DNA of 64,000 bases from positions 1 through 64,000 of the forward strand of contig JBPGPT010000029.1 of NCBI GenBank assembly GCA_051047955.1, given 5' to 3'. The stretch is from Cystobasidiomycetes sp. EMM_F5. Lineage: Eukaryota. The notes beneath the pieces were generated by a model. It was not told the origin of the DNA and ran no database searches. It was given only the letters and a program-made list of their open reading frames with translations. A program made the position numbers and the translations under genes. Shown here piece by piece: positions 1 through 13,454 of this stretch. Within the stretch, counting starts at the first letter, position 1, and each line of letters starts with the position of its first letter.

Positions 1-375
1 CTTCTCTTCTCTTCTCTTCTCTTCTCTTCTCTTCTCTTCTCTTCTCTTCTCTTCTTTCTTTCTTCTCTTTCTTTCTTCTCTTTCTTTCTTCTCTTCTTTC
101 CTGTCCTTCCTTTCCTCCCCTCTTCTTCTTCCCCTCCTCTTTCATTTCTCCCCTTTTCCTTCTCTCCTTTCCTCTTTCATTTCTCTCCCTTCGCTTCATT
201 CCTTTCCTCTTTCGTATCGCCCCTTCCCCTTTTTCATTTCCTCACTCCTTCTCTCCTCTCCTCTCTTCCCCTTTCCTTTCTATATTCTTCCCTCCCCTTC
301 TCTCCCTCCTTCCTCTCCTTCTCTTCTCTTCTCTGTTGCTCCCCTTGCCTTATCTTCGCTCCCTTTTATCTACAG
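1..375. repeat. (CTTCT)n microsatellite grading into a degenerate polypyrimidine tract
   Basis: About 11 perfect CTTCT units at 1-55, then almost pure C/T to about 370, ending in TTTTATCTACAG. Confidence 0.95.
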
Positions 376-958
376 ACGGCGAACACGTCATGAGCCTACG
401 GAGCTACAGGCAATGGTTACGCGATCAAGCAGCCTATAAACGGAAAGCGAGTGAGTGGTCCACTTTATCTCGACAAGGGCAAGCACGCTTGGGATATGAC
501 TGAGGGCATGCATGTCGTTGTGTGTGCGCAGGGTTTGGAGAAGGCAGTGAAGCGGCTCTCTGATGAGGGCAGAAGAAGTAGGGAAGGCATGTGTAGTGTA
601 ATTTGTAGCAAAGTAGGACTCCTTCTTCGCAAACTCCCTTTTTTAAATACTCTGTGTGGGGGTATAAATGATCAAGCTTCGGCTGCCTTTGAGAGTCGTC
701 CTCAAAGTCACCACTGACGATCCAGCACATTCTTGCTGCGACGGCAACTTGGATCATATGCTACACACGACGTCTACGTAAAATGAAGCAGACCTGATAA
801 GGTTCAAGCTTTTCAGGAGATGGTGTGACGACGAGAAGTGCGAGCTTTGCTAATCGCTGAAGAGAGTGCTCCTTTACGTACGTCTTTCCAGCTCTCTGTA
901 CATGTGTCTGTCTAGTCTAATCCTTCCAAGCAGTCAAAATTGAGCAATCTCCGCGACT

Positions 959-3625
959 TTACGGAAAAGTCGTCCATGTCGTCCATAGCTGATCATTGCT
1001 GGCGGTGTTTGCGAGCCAGTCGTGATTCATTAAGAAATCGACATTGTCTAGGAAAGCCAGGTTGGTATCTGCGCCGTACCAAGGTATTGAAGCGACGTCC
1101 GGTACGTGCTGATGCTGATGGTGCTGCTGTTGTTGTGTTTGCGCTTGGGAGTGTTGCTGTTGCTCTTGTGTCATGTGGGCTGCGAGAGTGGTAGCAGACG
1201 TATGGAGTGAGCTGAGTGGATGCATGGGATACGGTATGAGAGAGGCTGTCGACGCTTCCTTGTCTGCGCCCGAGGGTGAGGCAGGCCGAGTTTGGACCTG
1301 TATCTGTTCGAGGGCCGACCTCAGGACTGCCGCATACCGTTCCGAATCATGAGACTTTGTGAGTTGATCAGCGAGAAGCAGAGTATCCCTCGCTATTCTT
1401 GCCTGATCCACAAGGTGTGGATAGCTAGCAAACAACTTCAACTGTACCATTGCCGCAAAGCACAGGTCGATGCGCAGCAGATAGCCGCTGTATTTTATAC
1501 CGGCGACATAGATTGGAGAATCGAGAACGGCTGCGAGCGCTTCGTGAGAGTGCTCAATAGCCATCCGAATAACGTCGATCGGACATCGTGAGCCATCAAA
1601 CAGGACTTGCTTGTACACGCTTGTCAAGAGATAGAGCATCGCGTCGTGAAAGAATCGAATGCCGCTCCTTCTAGGGTATGATAGGGCAGAGGGGAAGTGG
1701 ACGGCTTCAGACGTGCACCACGATCAAAAGTAAACGGCGAATGAGATTAACTGATGTCAGCTTACTTTGCGCGTGTGTACATTGCTACAGGAGGACTCAC
1801 CCGCCAAGTTATCGTACGCATCAAGCATTCCGCTGATTTCCGCTTCCTGCTCGGTCACATAGGCTCGGTGAGTTTGGAACGTTGGGTCCTGTATGCGTCC
1901 AACATCTTCCATTGTCCGCCTCTCCCAGTAGACTCGCCTGAAGTTGACGACGTAGCGAAAGTCCATAGGAAGGCTGAAGGGTAGTTCGAGGAGACGGTCT
2001 ACATATCCTGCAACCCTGTCGATGTCTTCGCCGCGAGAGCACAGCGTGCGGCCGCTATAGCGGGAATGTCTGAGTAGTAATTCGATAGTATACAGTCAGC
2101 AGAGCATTTTCATGCCGAGTACATGACTTGTGCTTTGGAAAAAGAGCAGGTAGACGTACTTGAAGTCGAGAAACATGGCATAAATGTATGCCCGGACGTG
2201 TGCCGTCAGTCTACGAGCAGTAGCGTCTGTTCTGAATACGCCGTGGTCTTGCAGTCTATCAAAAGCGGTATCGTATCTTGCGTATAGAGCAAGACGCACA
2301 GCCACACCTGTAGTCACGTAGGGTTCAGGATGAAAGCATGCAAGAATGAGGTATGCCTGAATCGTCTCATGCGCCGGAGGGAGTTCGAACGCAAGTCGAC
2401 GGGCAAATACCTGACTCGCTTCATACGCTACTGACAGCTCGGCAGACGGGGGAGACGAGCCGTTAAATGTTCGGATGGCGATATAGATGACTGTGTTGAA
2501 GAGAAACGGACTTCGGCATCGCAGATTCTCATACGTATCCTCTGGATCGTCCAGGAGCTGACAGTAGGCAGCGGCTTCTTTTCGGAAAAGGTGAAACCAC
2601 GCTCGTGCAGCTCGGTCACTCATCTTGCCCTGCGCGACGATGTCGGCACGAGGTTGGTCCGGCGACGTTTGTTTTCGAGAGCCATTGTTCATGTCGTCGT
2701 GCCCCCGCTTCTGACCGGATGTGGATGGGTCAGGAGGTGTGCCGACGGGATGAAGGTTTGCTGAGGCTTCAGCTAGCGCATTCAACGGCTCCCCCAACCG
2801 CTCTTCGAAGCGCGCTAGCGTGCTTGGAGATTGAGGGTTGCCTACATGACTGTTGTCTGGCGAGAAGCCGGGGTATCTTCGAAGCTGTGCCTTGGGAACG
2901 GTAGATGGGGCTATCGGTTGTTTCGGGGATGGTGTTGGAGGAGCGGCACTGTTGTATGTTGACATTCTCTGCGAATGCGTTATAATAGACGAGTCCTGCG
3001 GGCCAATGAAGGAGGTGGGGTGTGAGAGTATCTTCTTGCTGGCGGCAGCCGGTCCAGCATCTAGTCTGGCTATTGTAGTATCGATAAATAAATGCTTGAC
3101 CCTTTTGGGATACTTTGATACACTTACATGCTAGCTGACCGAGACTCTCGACGACCACTTCCAGTCTTCTCTCCACGAAACTGAGACTCGCTTCGATGGC
3201 TGAGAGCCTTGCGAGACCGCTGTATGGAAGACCACAGGTTGAATACTGATCCGACTACGGGTCGCTCCGCAGCGGCAACTCACGCATCGTGGACGACATT
3301 GCTTTGAGGTTTCTCAAAGACGCATTCGATGCCAGAGGTTTCGCATCTTCCACAGGGAGGTTCACCGCCTTCACACTGTAAGCACCCCCACATCTCGTCA
3401 ACCCGGCGTCTTTCAGAAGCCGTCAAGCAGGATAAGACTGACCACTTTCTTTAGCTTTCTGCAGTTTAGGCACTGACAGGTTATATACAATCATCATCAG
3501 ACATGTCAGTCAATGGCTTCGCTTGTTGGGGTGTGGTTTGTCGGATGTACTGCTAGAGGGCTCCGTTTCTGCCTCTTCTTTGCTGGCTGGCTGGTGCCAT
3601 TTGCATCGACAACCTCGTTGTTCAT
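959..3625 (-). CDS. Zn(II)2Cys6 fungal transcription factor with fungal-specific TF middle domain (multi-exon)
   Basis: Hand-spliced: ATG 3625 MNNEVVDANGTSQPAKKRQKRSPLA | 30-nt exon 3472-3443 CLNCRKLKKV | CEGGEPPCGRCETSGIECVF, giving a complete six-Cys binuclear cluster. Downstream exons (ORFs 2096-2965, 1757-1966, 959-1639) carry the 'LRCRSPFLFNTVIYIA...ETIQAYLILA' middle region and a Q/H-rich tail. Confidence 0.9.
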
Positions 3626-3780
3626 CGTGCTAGCTTCATAAGAGCATACTTCATATCATTTCAGGTGAACATAGTTGGTTGGAAGCCTCCCAGGATTCAT
3701 TATAAAAGGTTACCGGAGTAGTAACTCGACAATGCAGCTTCTACGTTCACGCAAATGAACAGCTCTGCAATTGCCAATAC

Positions 3781-5809
3781 ATGCTCAGACTGGCTTGCGT
3801 ACATGCCAGACATGGCACAAAGCAGTCTTGTCGAGGTTTCCGGCTAATGGCATCAAGACCGTACAAAGCAAGTGAACCAACAAAGACGAGATGGTCTGCC
3901 ATTGCACTCGCTGCTCTGCTCGGTGCCGCGACAGCTTCAACGATCCATCTGGCGTTTGGGAGTGTCGAAAGGATTCGAAATGATCACAATCAGATAAAGA
4001 CTGATATCGTAGAACGCCACGATGCGAAAGCAGTGCAAGAGCTGCAGAAGCTGCTCGAAAGCAAGGTGTCCGTAGATCAAGCAGAGATGGATGCATATAC
4101 AAGCAGTCCCAACACGCATTTCCGTACGCTTTACGACTATATTTCCATACGTGTTTTGAGATACTGAAAGACGCACTTTGCAGGGGGACTTGCACCATGC
4201 GCAGTAGTGCACGTCGAAAGTACGCAAGATGTTAGCGAGGTAGTCAAGCTCGCGAGTCGCTATCGTGTGCCGGTCGTTGCATTTGCGGGTGGAACCAGCA
4301 TCGAGGGACAGATTGCAGCTTCTAAGGGCGGCATTATCATCAATCTGTCAAAGATGGACAAGATATTGCAAATCAATGGTGTGTCACAAACTTCTTGTCC
4401 GTCCTTTGCTGAGATCGCATATACAGAAGCGGACGGGGATCTCATTTGTCAGGCGGGCGCGGGCTGGCAAGATATCAATCAACACCTGGAAGAACAGGGG
4501 ATTCCGCTCTTCTTTCCACTAGACCCAGGGCCGTCCGCTACGATAGGTGGAATGGTAGCCACTGGTGAGTACCGGACCAAGCATCGCCAGACTTGCTCAA
4601 ACGAGGTGCGGTAGGATGTAGTGGGACAAATGCAGTTCGCTATGGGACAGCGAGAGCAGAATGGTTTTTAAACCTAACTGTAGTCATGCCTGACGGTTCC
4701 ATCATCAAGACTAGATCTCGAGCGAGGTAATCAATGCCCTCACTTTCTCGGTCAGACATGCTGAGCGGACATCTTTTCCAGGAAAAGCTCTGTCGGCTTT
4801 GATCTGACCAAGATCTTTATCGGAGCCGAGGGGACACTGGGCATAGTTACGGAAGCCACACTGCGATTGGCTCCACTCTTGCCTACACGGGTAGCCGTGT
4901 GTAGTTTTCCCAGCGTGTTTGCGGCTGTAAGCTGCGTAGTGGATGTCGTGAATGCCGGTCTGCCGGTGCAATGTGCCGAGTACTGCGACCCCTTCTCCAT
5001 GCACGCTCTCAATTCATCCAAACTGTGCGAGACGAGATTCGACGAACGCGATACCGTCTTCTTCAAGTTTCAAGGCGATGAAAATGAGACGGGCAGGATG
5101 GCGGATAAGGCTGCAAGGATTATTCAGAAACATAACGGCACGAACATGCGCTTTGCAAAATCAAAAGAAGAGTCGGACGAGATCTGGAATGGAAGAAAAC
5201 AGATGTATTGGAGTTTGTGAGTATTTTCGCACTATGGGTTTCAGCAAAAATGTCATTGAACGCCACGGGCTGAGACGTTTTATCCAGATTGGCGATGAAT
5301 CCGGGAGGAAAGATCTATTCGACAGACGTCTGCGTACCGTTGAGCAAGCTCCCGAAGCTCGTCCAAGATACAAAGCAAGACTTTGATGCGTGCGGTATAC
5401 GAGCCGGTCTCGTTGCGCATGCGGGAGACGGGAATTACCATGCTGGCATATTGTACTCGACTGAGGAGGAGTTTGAGAAGGTAAAAGCAGCTCATCGAAG
5501 GGTAGGTCCATTTGGCTACATGAATACGCAAGTGACTAACGATGTGGTTAGCTTATGGATAGAGCCATCGCTTTGGACGGAACGGTCTCTGGTGAACATG
5601 GAATTGGCCTGAGCAAGAGGGAGTATGTGGAGAAGGAGCTTGGTTCGGAGACTGTCAAGGTAATGCGGACCGTGAAGGATGCGATAGATCCGTTGGGGCT
5701 GTTCAATCCGGGAAAGATGTGGGTATTCATTGCGTAAATGAATGGCATCATCACAGACTGACTTTGACGTGTACGTCCTTTCGGCAGATTCCCCGACAGA
5801 GAGGTTTAA
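3781..5809 (+). CDS. DLD1: FAD-linked oxidase, mitochondrial D-lactate dehydrogenase (cytochrome)-like
   Basis: Arg-rich presequence plus TM segment; motifs AGGTSIEG, PLDPGPSATIGGMVATG, GAEGTLGIVTEA, HAGDGNYH, GTVSGEHGIG, DPLGLFNPGK. The last exon IFPDREV* ends at 5809. Confidence 0.88.
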
Positions 5810-6033
5810 TGGCTTGACGGATCGCTGTCTCCGCCGGCGAGGAGTACGTAGACTGTCTCTGCGTGTCAGACTGGAGGAATAGTGGACATTGCATGTAACC
5901 TAGCATTTCAGCTCCCCACGACGGGGCTCCATACAGCTCCACGTCGATAATCTGTTGAGGTTGGCTCTGAAAGCAACAACGACAAAGACGGGCAGCAGCT
6001 GGACAGCGTACGAGGCTGTAAGGCTGTCGAGCC

Positions 6034-9000
6034 ATGGCAGAGTCGGAGAGAGGGAGTCTTCCAGACAGGCTGCAGACTGGCAGCAGTCATGACGGCGTCA
6101 GAGCAGCAATCCAGTCACCGCTCACGAGCGTACAGCAGCTGCTGGCAGACACGAGTGCAGCCCCACCGCCTGCGACGTCGCCGACAACCAGCACTGCGCC
6201 ATCTTTGCCGTCTTTGTCATTTAAAGATGCCAAAGATTCGACGACTTCAACCTCAAACACCGCTTCGAGCTCGCAGCCTGCCGCCAGCAATGGCAAGGAG
6301 CCCATCACCTTCAACGCCTACCTCGCAGACCTCCGCAACTTCCTCCTGCCCTTCCTCAAGCTTCTCCCGTTTCAGTCCCTCCAGGCATACCTGAAGCGTT
6401 TCGTAGGGCCTTTCGTCAGGTTTATCGTGCGCGTAGTCGCAAAGATCCTCTACAGATGGGACGTAGGGCTCGCCAGCAATATCGCTTACGATGTGCACAT
6501 CTTGCTCTGGAAGGCAAGCTACGGCGATATAATCAACGGATACTGCCGTTATGAGCTGACAACATATTCACCAGTGGGTCATTAACCTCTTCTTTCGAGA
6601 GATACGACCGCGTGGTGCATGGCGTGTCCCTCGAAGCGGTCCTGTCCTGTTTGTATGCGGACCCCATCACAATCAATTCCTCGACCCTCTCCTCCTCATG
6701 TCTGAAGTCCGGCTATCTGCAAACAGGAGAGTTGCTTTCCTCATGGCAGAAAAGAGCTATCACCTGAGCTTTATCGGTCTTGCCGGAAAGATTGCACATT
6801 CCAGTAAGAAGCCTTTGTTCAGTTGTCTGAATGATGGCTATACATGTATTGACCAGAAATACGCAGTTCCCGTTGCACGCGCTGCAGATCAGGCAGTAGC
6901 TGGCAAAGGTCGACTGTATCTCACCGAATCGTCGAAAGAAGAAGCTATCGTTCGCGGATCAGGCACAAATTTCCTCAAACAACTCGTTCCGAAAGGTCAG
7001 ATTCAACTTGAAAAGTCATACGGCTCAGATATTGTCGAAGTAATCAAAGTCATCGACGACGAGTCTGTCAAGGTCAAGAAGATCTTTGCAAAAGAATCGG
7101 CCGTGAAAGATTTGCTGGCAGCCGGAGAAAAGAAGAAGCGAGGCGAGGATGGTGCAGGTCTCAAGTACAAATGTTTGCCGTATATAGACCAAGCAAAGGT
7201 GAGCTGCATGGTCATACCTCCCATGCGTCAGCTATTCTCGGCTGAATTTGATGTCTGCGGCAGATGTACGCCTCCGTGTACAAGAAGCTGTCGGACGGCG
7301 GATGTATCGGTATATTCCCAGAAGGAGGTTCTCACGACAGGACGGACTTTCTCCCACTACGCGCTGGACTGGCAATTATGGCATTAGGAGCCATGGCTGA
7401 CAAGCCGGATTTGCGAGTAACGATTGTACCCGTCGGGGTGGGTTTTGCGACTTGCATATACTTAGCATTATTGACAAGCTATTAACGAATTTTCGCTGTG
7501 CCTCAGCTCAACTATTTCCATGCGCATCGCTTTAGATCTCGCGCCGTCATCGAATTTGGCGCTCCCATTCCAGTTCCCACAGAACTCGCCACGACCTTCG
7601 CCAAGGGTGGAGCTGACAAGCGCGAGGCCGTCGCTTCGCTCATGAGCATTGTTTTCGACGGTCTGAAATCAGTCACTGTCCGAACACCAGACTACGAGAC
7701 GCTCATGGTGATACAGGCCTCTCGACGTCTGTACAAGCCACCCGGACATCAGCTCAATCTGTCGCAAGTCGTCGACTTGAATAAGAAGTTCATCATGGGG
7801 TATAATGCGTATAGAGAGGAACCGCGAGTCAAGGATCTGTACAAGAAGGTCGAAAAGTACAACAAGACGCTTCGCCAATTGGGTCTAAAGGACCACCAGG
7901 TGAGCTTGTTCGTGTTCCGATTCTATTACGCCGTGGAGCTAACGAGTGTCCTTTTCGCAGGTCGAAGGAGCACGTCGTCCTGTCTGGAAAGCCCTCGTGC
8001 TACTATTCTGGCGAGCAGGACTCATCAGCGCCTGGACAATCATGGCCTTGCCCGGAATTGTTCTCAACGCTCCTATATTTATCGCCGCATCCATCATTTC
8101 GGCTCGCAAAGCCAAAGAAGCATTGGCAGCCTCCACTGTCAAGATACGCGCCCGAGACGTCATGGCGACGTGGAAGGTTCTTGTCTCTCTCGCTGGAGCC
8201 CCCATTCTCTACTCCATCTACACTATCATCGCCATGTATGCCGTATTCAAGTACGACCTTGGCCGGAAATACGTCATCTTTACTCCACTTTTCATGCTCA
8301 TCGCCGTCCCGACTTTCGGGTACTCTGCCCTCCGGTTTGGCGAAGTCGGAATGGATATCTACAAGTGAGCGATATTTCTTCTTGCCAAGTCGTGAAACAT
8401 ATCTGACAATCATCTGCTAGGTCGCTACCACCTCTCTTCAAGTCACTCCTGCCATGGCAGCACCAAGACATCGATCAGCTACGCACCCAACGCAGCGAGA
8501 TTGCGCAGGAGCTGTCGGAAGTCATTGAAGAATTTGCGCCGAAATTATGGAAAGATTTTGATTCGCAGCGTATGATTCCACACAGCGAAGTGGCAACTGC
8601 TTACTCTTCGGCAGCGAGTCCGCCAGGAACGCCTCGCGGGACTAGCGAGAAGCGGAGGTCGACATTCGGGCAGGAAAGCAGTATTCTACAACATCCAATG
8701 TCATGGATTGACGAGAAGCTTTTCGGGTGGAGTGCATCGAGAACGTCAAGGCGAACCCGTTCTGTCGGCGGAGGCGAGGCTACACCGATATTCTCCGAGC
8801 CTACTACGCCAGGTGGAACGCGATCAGACGGGGAGGCTGACCCAGCGGATTACGATGAGGTCGTCAGGGGTGTCGAGCTTAAGTTGCAAGATATCACGAA
8901 CGGGACAGGCAGAGGTGACAGCACGACGCCGAGCGTGACCCGCCTCCAAAGGAGATCGTCGTACAAGGCAAAAAGTCAATTGAATCTGACTGAATTGGTG

Positions 9001-9051
9001 CCACCGGACGGCCTCTCCACAACAGTCCAAAATGCAGGCCGCACAGAATGA
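6034..9051 (+). CDS. SCT1: Glycerol-3-phosphate/DHAP sn-1 acyltransferase (Sct1/Gpt2 family)
   Basis: Acyltransferase motifs CGPHHNQFLDP, IFPEGGSHDRTDFLPLRAG, IVPVGLNYFHAHRFRSRAVIEFG, RDVMATWKVLV; C-terminal TM segments. Confidence 0.92.
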
Positions 9052-9518
9052 TTTTGGATGGGTCAATCAGGAGACGAAAAGCTAACAATGTAACATGATC
9101 ATGCTTCAGTTTTATAGGTGATAGATAGAAGGGTGGTAGACGGCTGCAGACCTGTAGACCAGCGCAGCCTTTTCAGTGACACACGGCTCAATACACGGTC
9201 TGATTGTGATGTTGTCTAGTCTATCCTTGACCATAGCAGCTGTAGCTGTAGGCTTGACGATGACGGTAAGCGGTAACTAAAATACCTCGCTTTCCCCACA
9301 TTCTCCTAATCGCCGACGCGACCAGCTTATCTCCTACCAAGCTGCGCAATATCGCCGCCCTCAGCATTCTTTCGCTGCTCACTGACTTTGAAGCCCTCAA
9401 CGCGGAAAACCCTTCCTTTGCTTCCTTCCCTTTCCTCCCAAATCGTTTGCGTGCAGCACCTCGCAGAAGAAACTCATACTGACAGTCTCCAAGCTATTTC
9501 AATCGGTACCATACAAAC

Positions 9519-10980
9519 ATGGTCAAGCAAGTGCCGTTTGGCAACATTCAAGTACCCGTGCCAGGCTTCGGAGCAATGGGCCTCAGCTTCGGACTCGGCA
9601 GCAATCTCTCACTCGAGGAGGCTGAGCCCGTCCTACTCAAGGCTATCGAATTAGGATGCACCTTCTGGGACACCGCTGTGAGTTAGGCCAGCCGCAATTG
9701 GCAGCTCTGGCATATGCAGCTCTCACACCTGGCGTTGTGCTCCTCATGCAGGTCATATACGCCATGGGCGTAAATGAGCAACTGCTTGGAGATTTTGTAC
9801 GCAAACACAGTGTACGCGACAAGCTGTTCAGTAAGCCTTGATCCCAAAGCATGCATACGAGTCGGTCTGACGCCATGTCAATGTCGACAGTTGCGTCTAA
9901 ATGCGGTTTCGACATCGATTTTGAGGCAAAGAAACCGCTGGGAGTAACCAATTCTGCTGCGCACATCAAAGAATACATTGGTCAGTCGTGTCTCTCACGC
10001 TAAGAATTCATCGCCATTGCTGAACATTGAATAATAACCTACCGTCACGCCTTCAGATGGTACCATCAAAAGGCTAGGCTTTACTCCTGACCTTTACTAT
10101 CTCCATCGTATTGATCCAAGTACGTATAGAAGGACTGTAAATATGGGCCTAATAGCAAGCCAATGATGTGCCACTCAATATCCGTGCAGAAACGCCTCTG
10201 GAAGAGTCTATTCCAGCCTTGGATGAGATTCGCAAAGCTGGCAAAACGAAGTACATCGGCCTATCCGAATGCTCCGCCAAGACGCTTCGCAAGGCGAACT
10301 CTAGTACGTTACCCTCTTGCTGTGGTGTAATCCGGCGGACTCATTACGTTGTTCTAGTTGCGAAAATCGATGCTTTGCAAGCCGAGTACAGCGCTTTCGA
10401 AACCCTTCATGAAACAGACGATCTCATCGCCACAGCAAAGGAGCTCGGTGTTGCATATATGTGCGCTGCTTGCGTTGCCCGTGTCGCGCCAGGCGTAAGA
10501 AATCATTATAACGTCTTCATTGTGCAGAGCATACAGCCCGTTAGGACACGGATGGCTTGTGGATGATTTCCCGTACAAAACCCCCGATGATTTCGCGCCG
10601 GATGACTTTCGAAGGACGGGTGAGCATAGCTGCGGGCTTGAGTCGAGTCTCCTGTAAACAGCTAACGTTGGCTTTTACAACCAGTTCCGAAGTTCCAAGG
10701 TGACAACTTTTACAAGAACCGATCCATACTTGACGAGATCCGCAAGCTGGCGGAACGAAAAGGCTGCAGTTTACCTCAAATCGCGCTTGCATGGGTGGCA
10801 GCTCAGGGGATGATACCGATCCCCGGTACAACAAAGGCGCATCGTCTTGAAGAGAACTGGGCATCACGAGACGTCGACTTCACTGAGGAAGAGTTCAATG
10901 AAATGCGAAAGATAGTGGACAACGCAAAGCCGTCTGGCAACAGGTATAGTGAGGCTCATCAAGCTATGGTCGGACACTGA
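9519..10980 (+). CDS. Aldo/keto reductase (YakC/pyridoxal-reductase-like), many short exons
   Basis: [24 protein letters not shown]...[50 protein letters not shown]. Confidence 0.92.
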
Positions 10981-11170
10981 GGCAAGCGCTGAGCGTCGCT
11001 GGATTGGCACACTATCCGAGCACGCCAGCTGGTGACTGAAAATAGCTAGCAAATCGCAGTGCATTACGTTGTGACCCCACAATATGCTTGCCGATACTCA
11101 TTTTTCGCTGACATCGCCGAAAGCTAGCGACTGCAACGCAATCTGTCTGCTACGTGAGTGGACTGTGCGG

Positions 11171-13454
11171 TCAAGTGAAGATCTGATCATCAAAGAGCGC
11201 AGACCTGCCCCACAAGCCTTTGGAAGCTGAGCACTGTGCTTCACTTTGGGAATCGAAAACCTTGCTAGCAACGCCATTAAGAACAAGAATGTGGAGATTA
11301 GCTGATTTGATTGTTCCTGGTGCACTACCGACGGCGACTGGCTGCCACTGCACGTATTTGTCGGTGTTCGGGGAGCCGGCTCGTGCGAAAGCTGACCAGC
11401 GAGCCGCAATTTCACTTGATAAAGCACTCTGTGCTGAAGTTATGGAAGTTCCGCCCGTTTGGAACACCAGTTGGATATCGTCTGCAATGCTCGCTCAGTA
11501 GCACTCAACGTGCGGATGTGATCGAAACTACCTTGATGGCAGACGCGACCTTTACAGTACGCTATCCCGGCATTCGAGCTGTAGGTGATCCCTGCGTCAA
11601 ACTGTGCGAGCCAGACCTGAGCGGCGTTATGGTGCAGCGTGATATTGACTGCGGCCTGCTGATTGGCGCTGTGCACACTCATACCATCAGCCTCATTAGT
11701 CTGAGCTCAGTGCGCAGGAAAGACTCACCATCTCCAGATCCAATCCGTGCCAAGCTGCTCAAGCTCCGTTCTTACCGAATCGGAGTCGCTAGCGTCGACA
11801 TTGTATAACCCGCTTGCGATGATCTTGTCTGCCCTATCAGAATCGACGAGAGCACGTACGTACGACTCGTAGTAACTAGTTGGAATGGCCTGATCTTGCG
11901 AAACAGCCGCAATAGTAGGAGCAGCTTCATTGATGACTGTAGTAAAGATGATCTGACGCGATGGATTCGACAGGCCACTATTGTCCGTATTCATAGCTTT
12001 CAGGAAGCTTTTGCCTTGCACCAGCTGACCATCGACGACGGGCCGAATGGGTTCGGCAGCACTCACTCCCAAGATTGTGGAAGGAGCCATTGACATCGTT
12101 CTGTCCTGAGCGTCTAGAATATCCTCAACTTTTGCAGTTTGCAAGCATGATCGTCGACTTGTCGATGTGGCTGAGGTGCAATTCGAAGCTAGAGAGTCAA
12201 GAAAGACGGCTCCGACGCTCTCTGCCGTGGTCACAGAGTGATCTCCGTAATTGAGAGGAGCGGAGTGAAGAATCGCTCGGTTAAACAGCGTATTGGCGAC
12301 TGGGACTGTGAGGAGGGTCTTGATGATATCTGCTCCCGACGACTGCCCTGCCAGAGTCACGAGACTGGGGTTTCCTCCGAAAGCGCTAATCGCTGATTTG
12401 ATTGTCTCTGAAAAGTATCACAAAATGCACAGAATTTAGCATACAAACGTATTTGCAAGTCAGGAAAACTGACTCAACGCCTGAATGACGTCCAAAAGAC
12501 CCATATTTCCATTGATACCTGCCGATTGCGCTCGCAAGAAGCCTAGTATACCAAGCCGATACTGTACCGTCACAACGACCATATTTCCAGAGTCCGATAG
12601 AGCAGATCCCTCAATAGCTGGATCAGAACTTGAGCCATAAACGAAGGAGCCACCATGAAGCCATACGAAGACGGGCAAGTTGGAAGCTGATGATGCGGAA
12701 GCTGGCGTATAGATGCTGAAAGTAGTGCACATCAGTCGACGCTGGCTTCTGTAAGGAATTACTAGACCGAACGTACTTCATGAACAGACAGTCCTCGTTG
12801 ATGCTAGGAGAAGCAGACATAGAAGCGCTCTGTGGACATGCGGGAGGAAGGAGACTTGCGTTATATGTTCCGGTCCATGGAATCTTAGCGACTGTCGGCT
12901 ACATGACACGGCAGGGAAAGTATTTAGCAAGCACAACCATCAGGCGATCCTGACGTACCGAGAACCTGCGTGAGCGAACAGGAGCCTCTGCATATGGAAT
13001 TGTATATCGCTTGATTTTCCCAGATAGCGTGGACGCGCCTACAGCATTGCCGAGACCTGGAACACTGATTATACCGCTTCCATGAGTATTAGCAAGTGTA
13101 CTCTGCCAGTAGTTCCAGGTGTCCGAAGCTCTGTGGATTACCCCATCTTTCAGGTATTGCAAATCGGAGGGGTCTGTGCGCAGCTTACACAGTACATGCT
13201 CGACCGAGAGCAGGCAAATCGCATAGCCAAGATATAGCCGTTTGCAGCGAACGGTGATCAAGGCCATGCTTTTCGGCAGGAGTGAGATTAGAGTGTCCAT
13301 TGCGGTAAAAGCCAGCACCGCTTGACTGTACGAAAGAAGGAGACGAGGAAAACTGTCTGTTGACTTGGTCGAGGGGTATTGCGTTGATGAAAGTAAAGAA
13401 CGTGAGTATCGACAGCGCTGCCAGAGCGCTACGATGGAAGGACAGACAGGCCAT
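11171..13454 (-). CDS. Secreted type-B carboxylesterase/lipase
   Basis: Signal peptide; NEDCL, VWLHGGSFVYGS oxyanion region, QYRLGILGF, nucleophile elbow AGQSSGA, FARAGSPN. Confidence 0.9.

Noticed and set aside
451..717. Short ORF after the pyrimidine tract
   Set aside because: No recognisable family, an in-frame stop just upstream and no ATG start. It cannot be supported as a gene.
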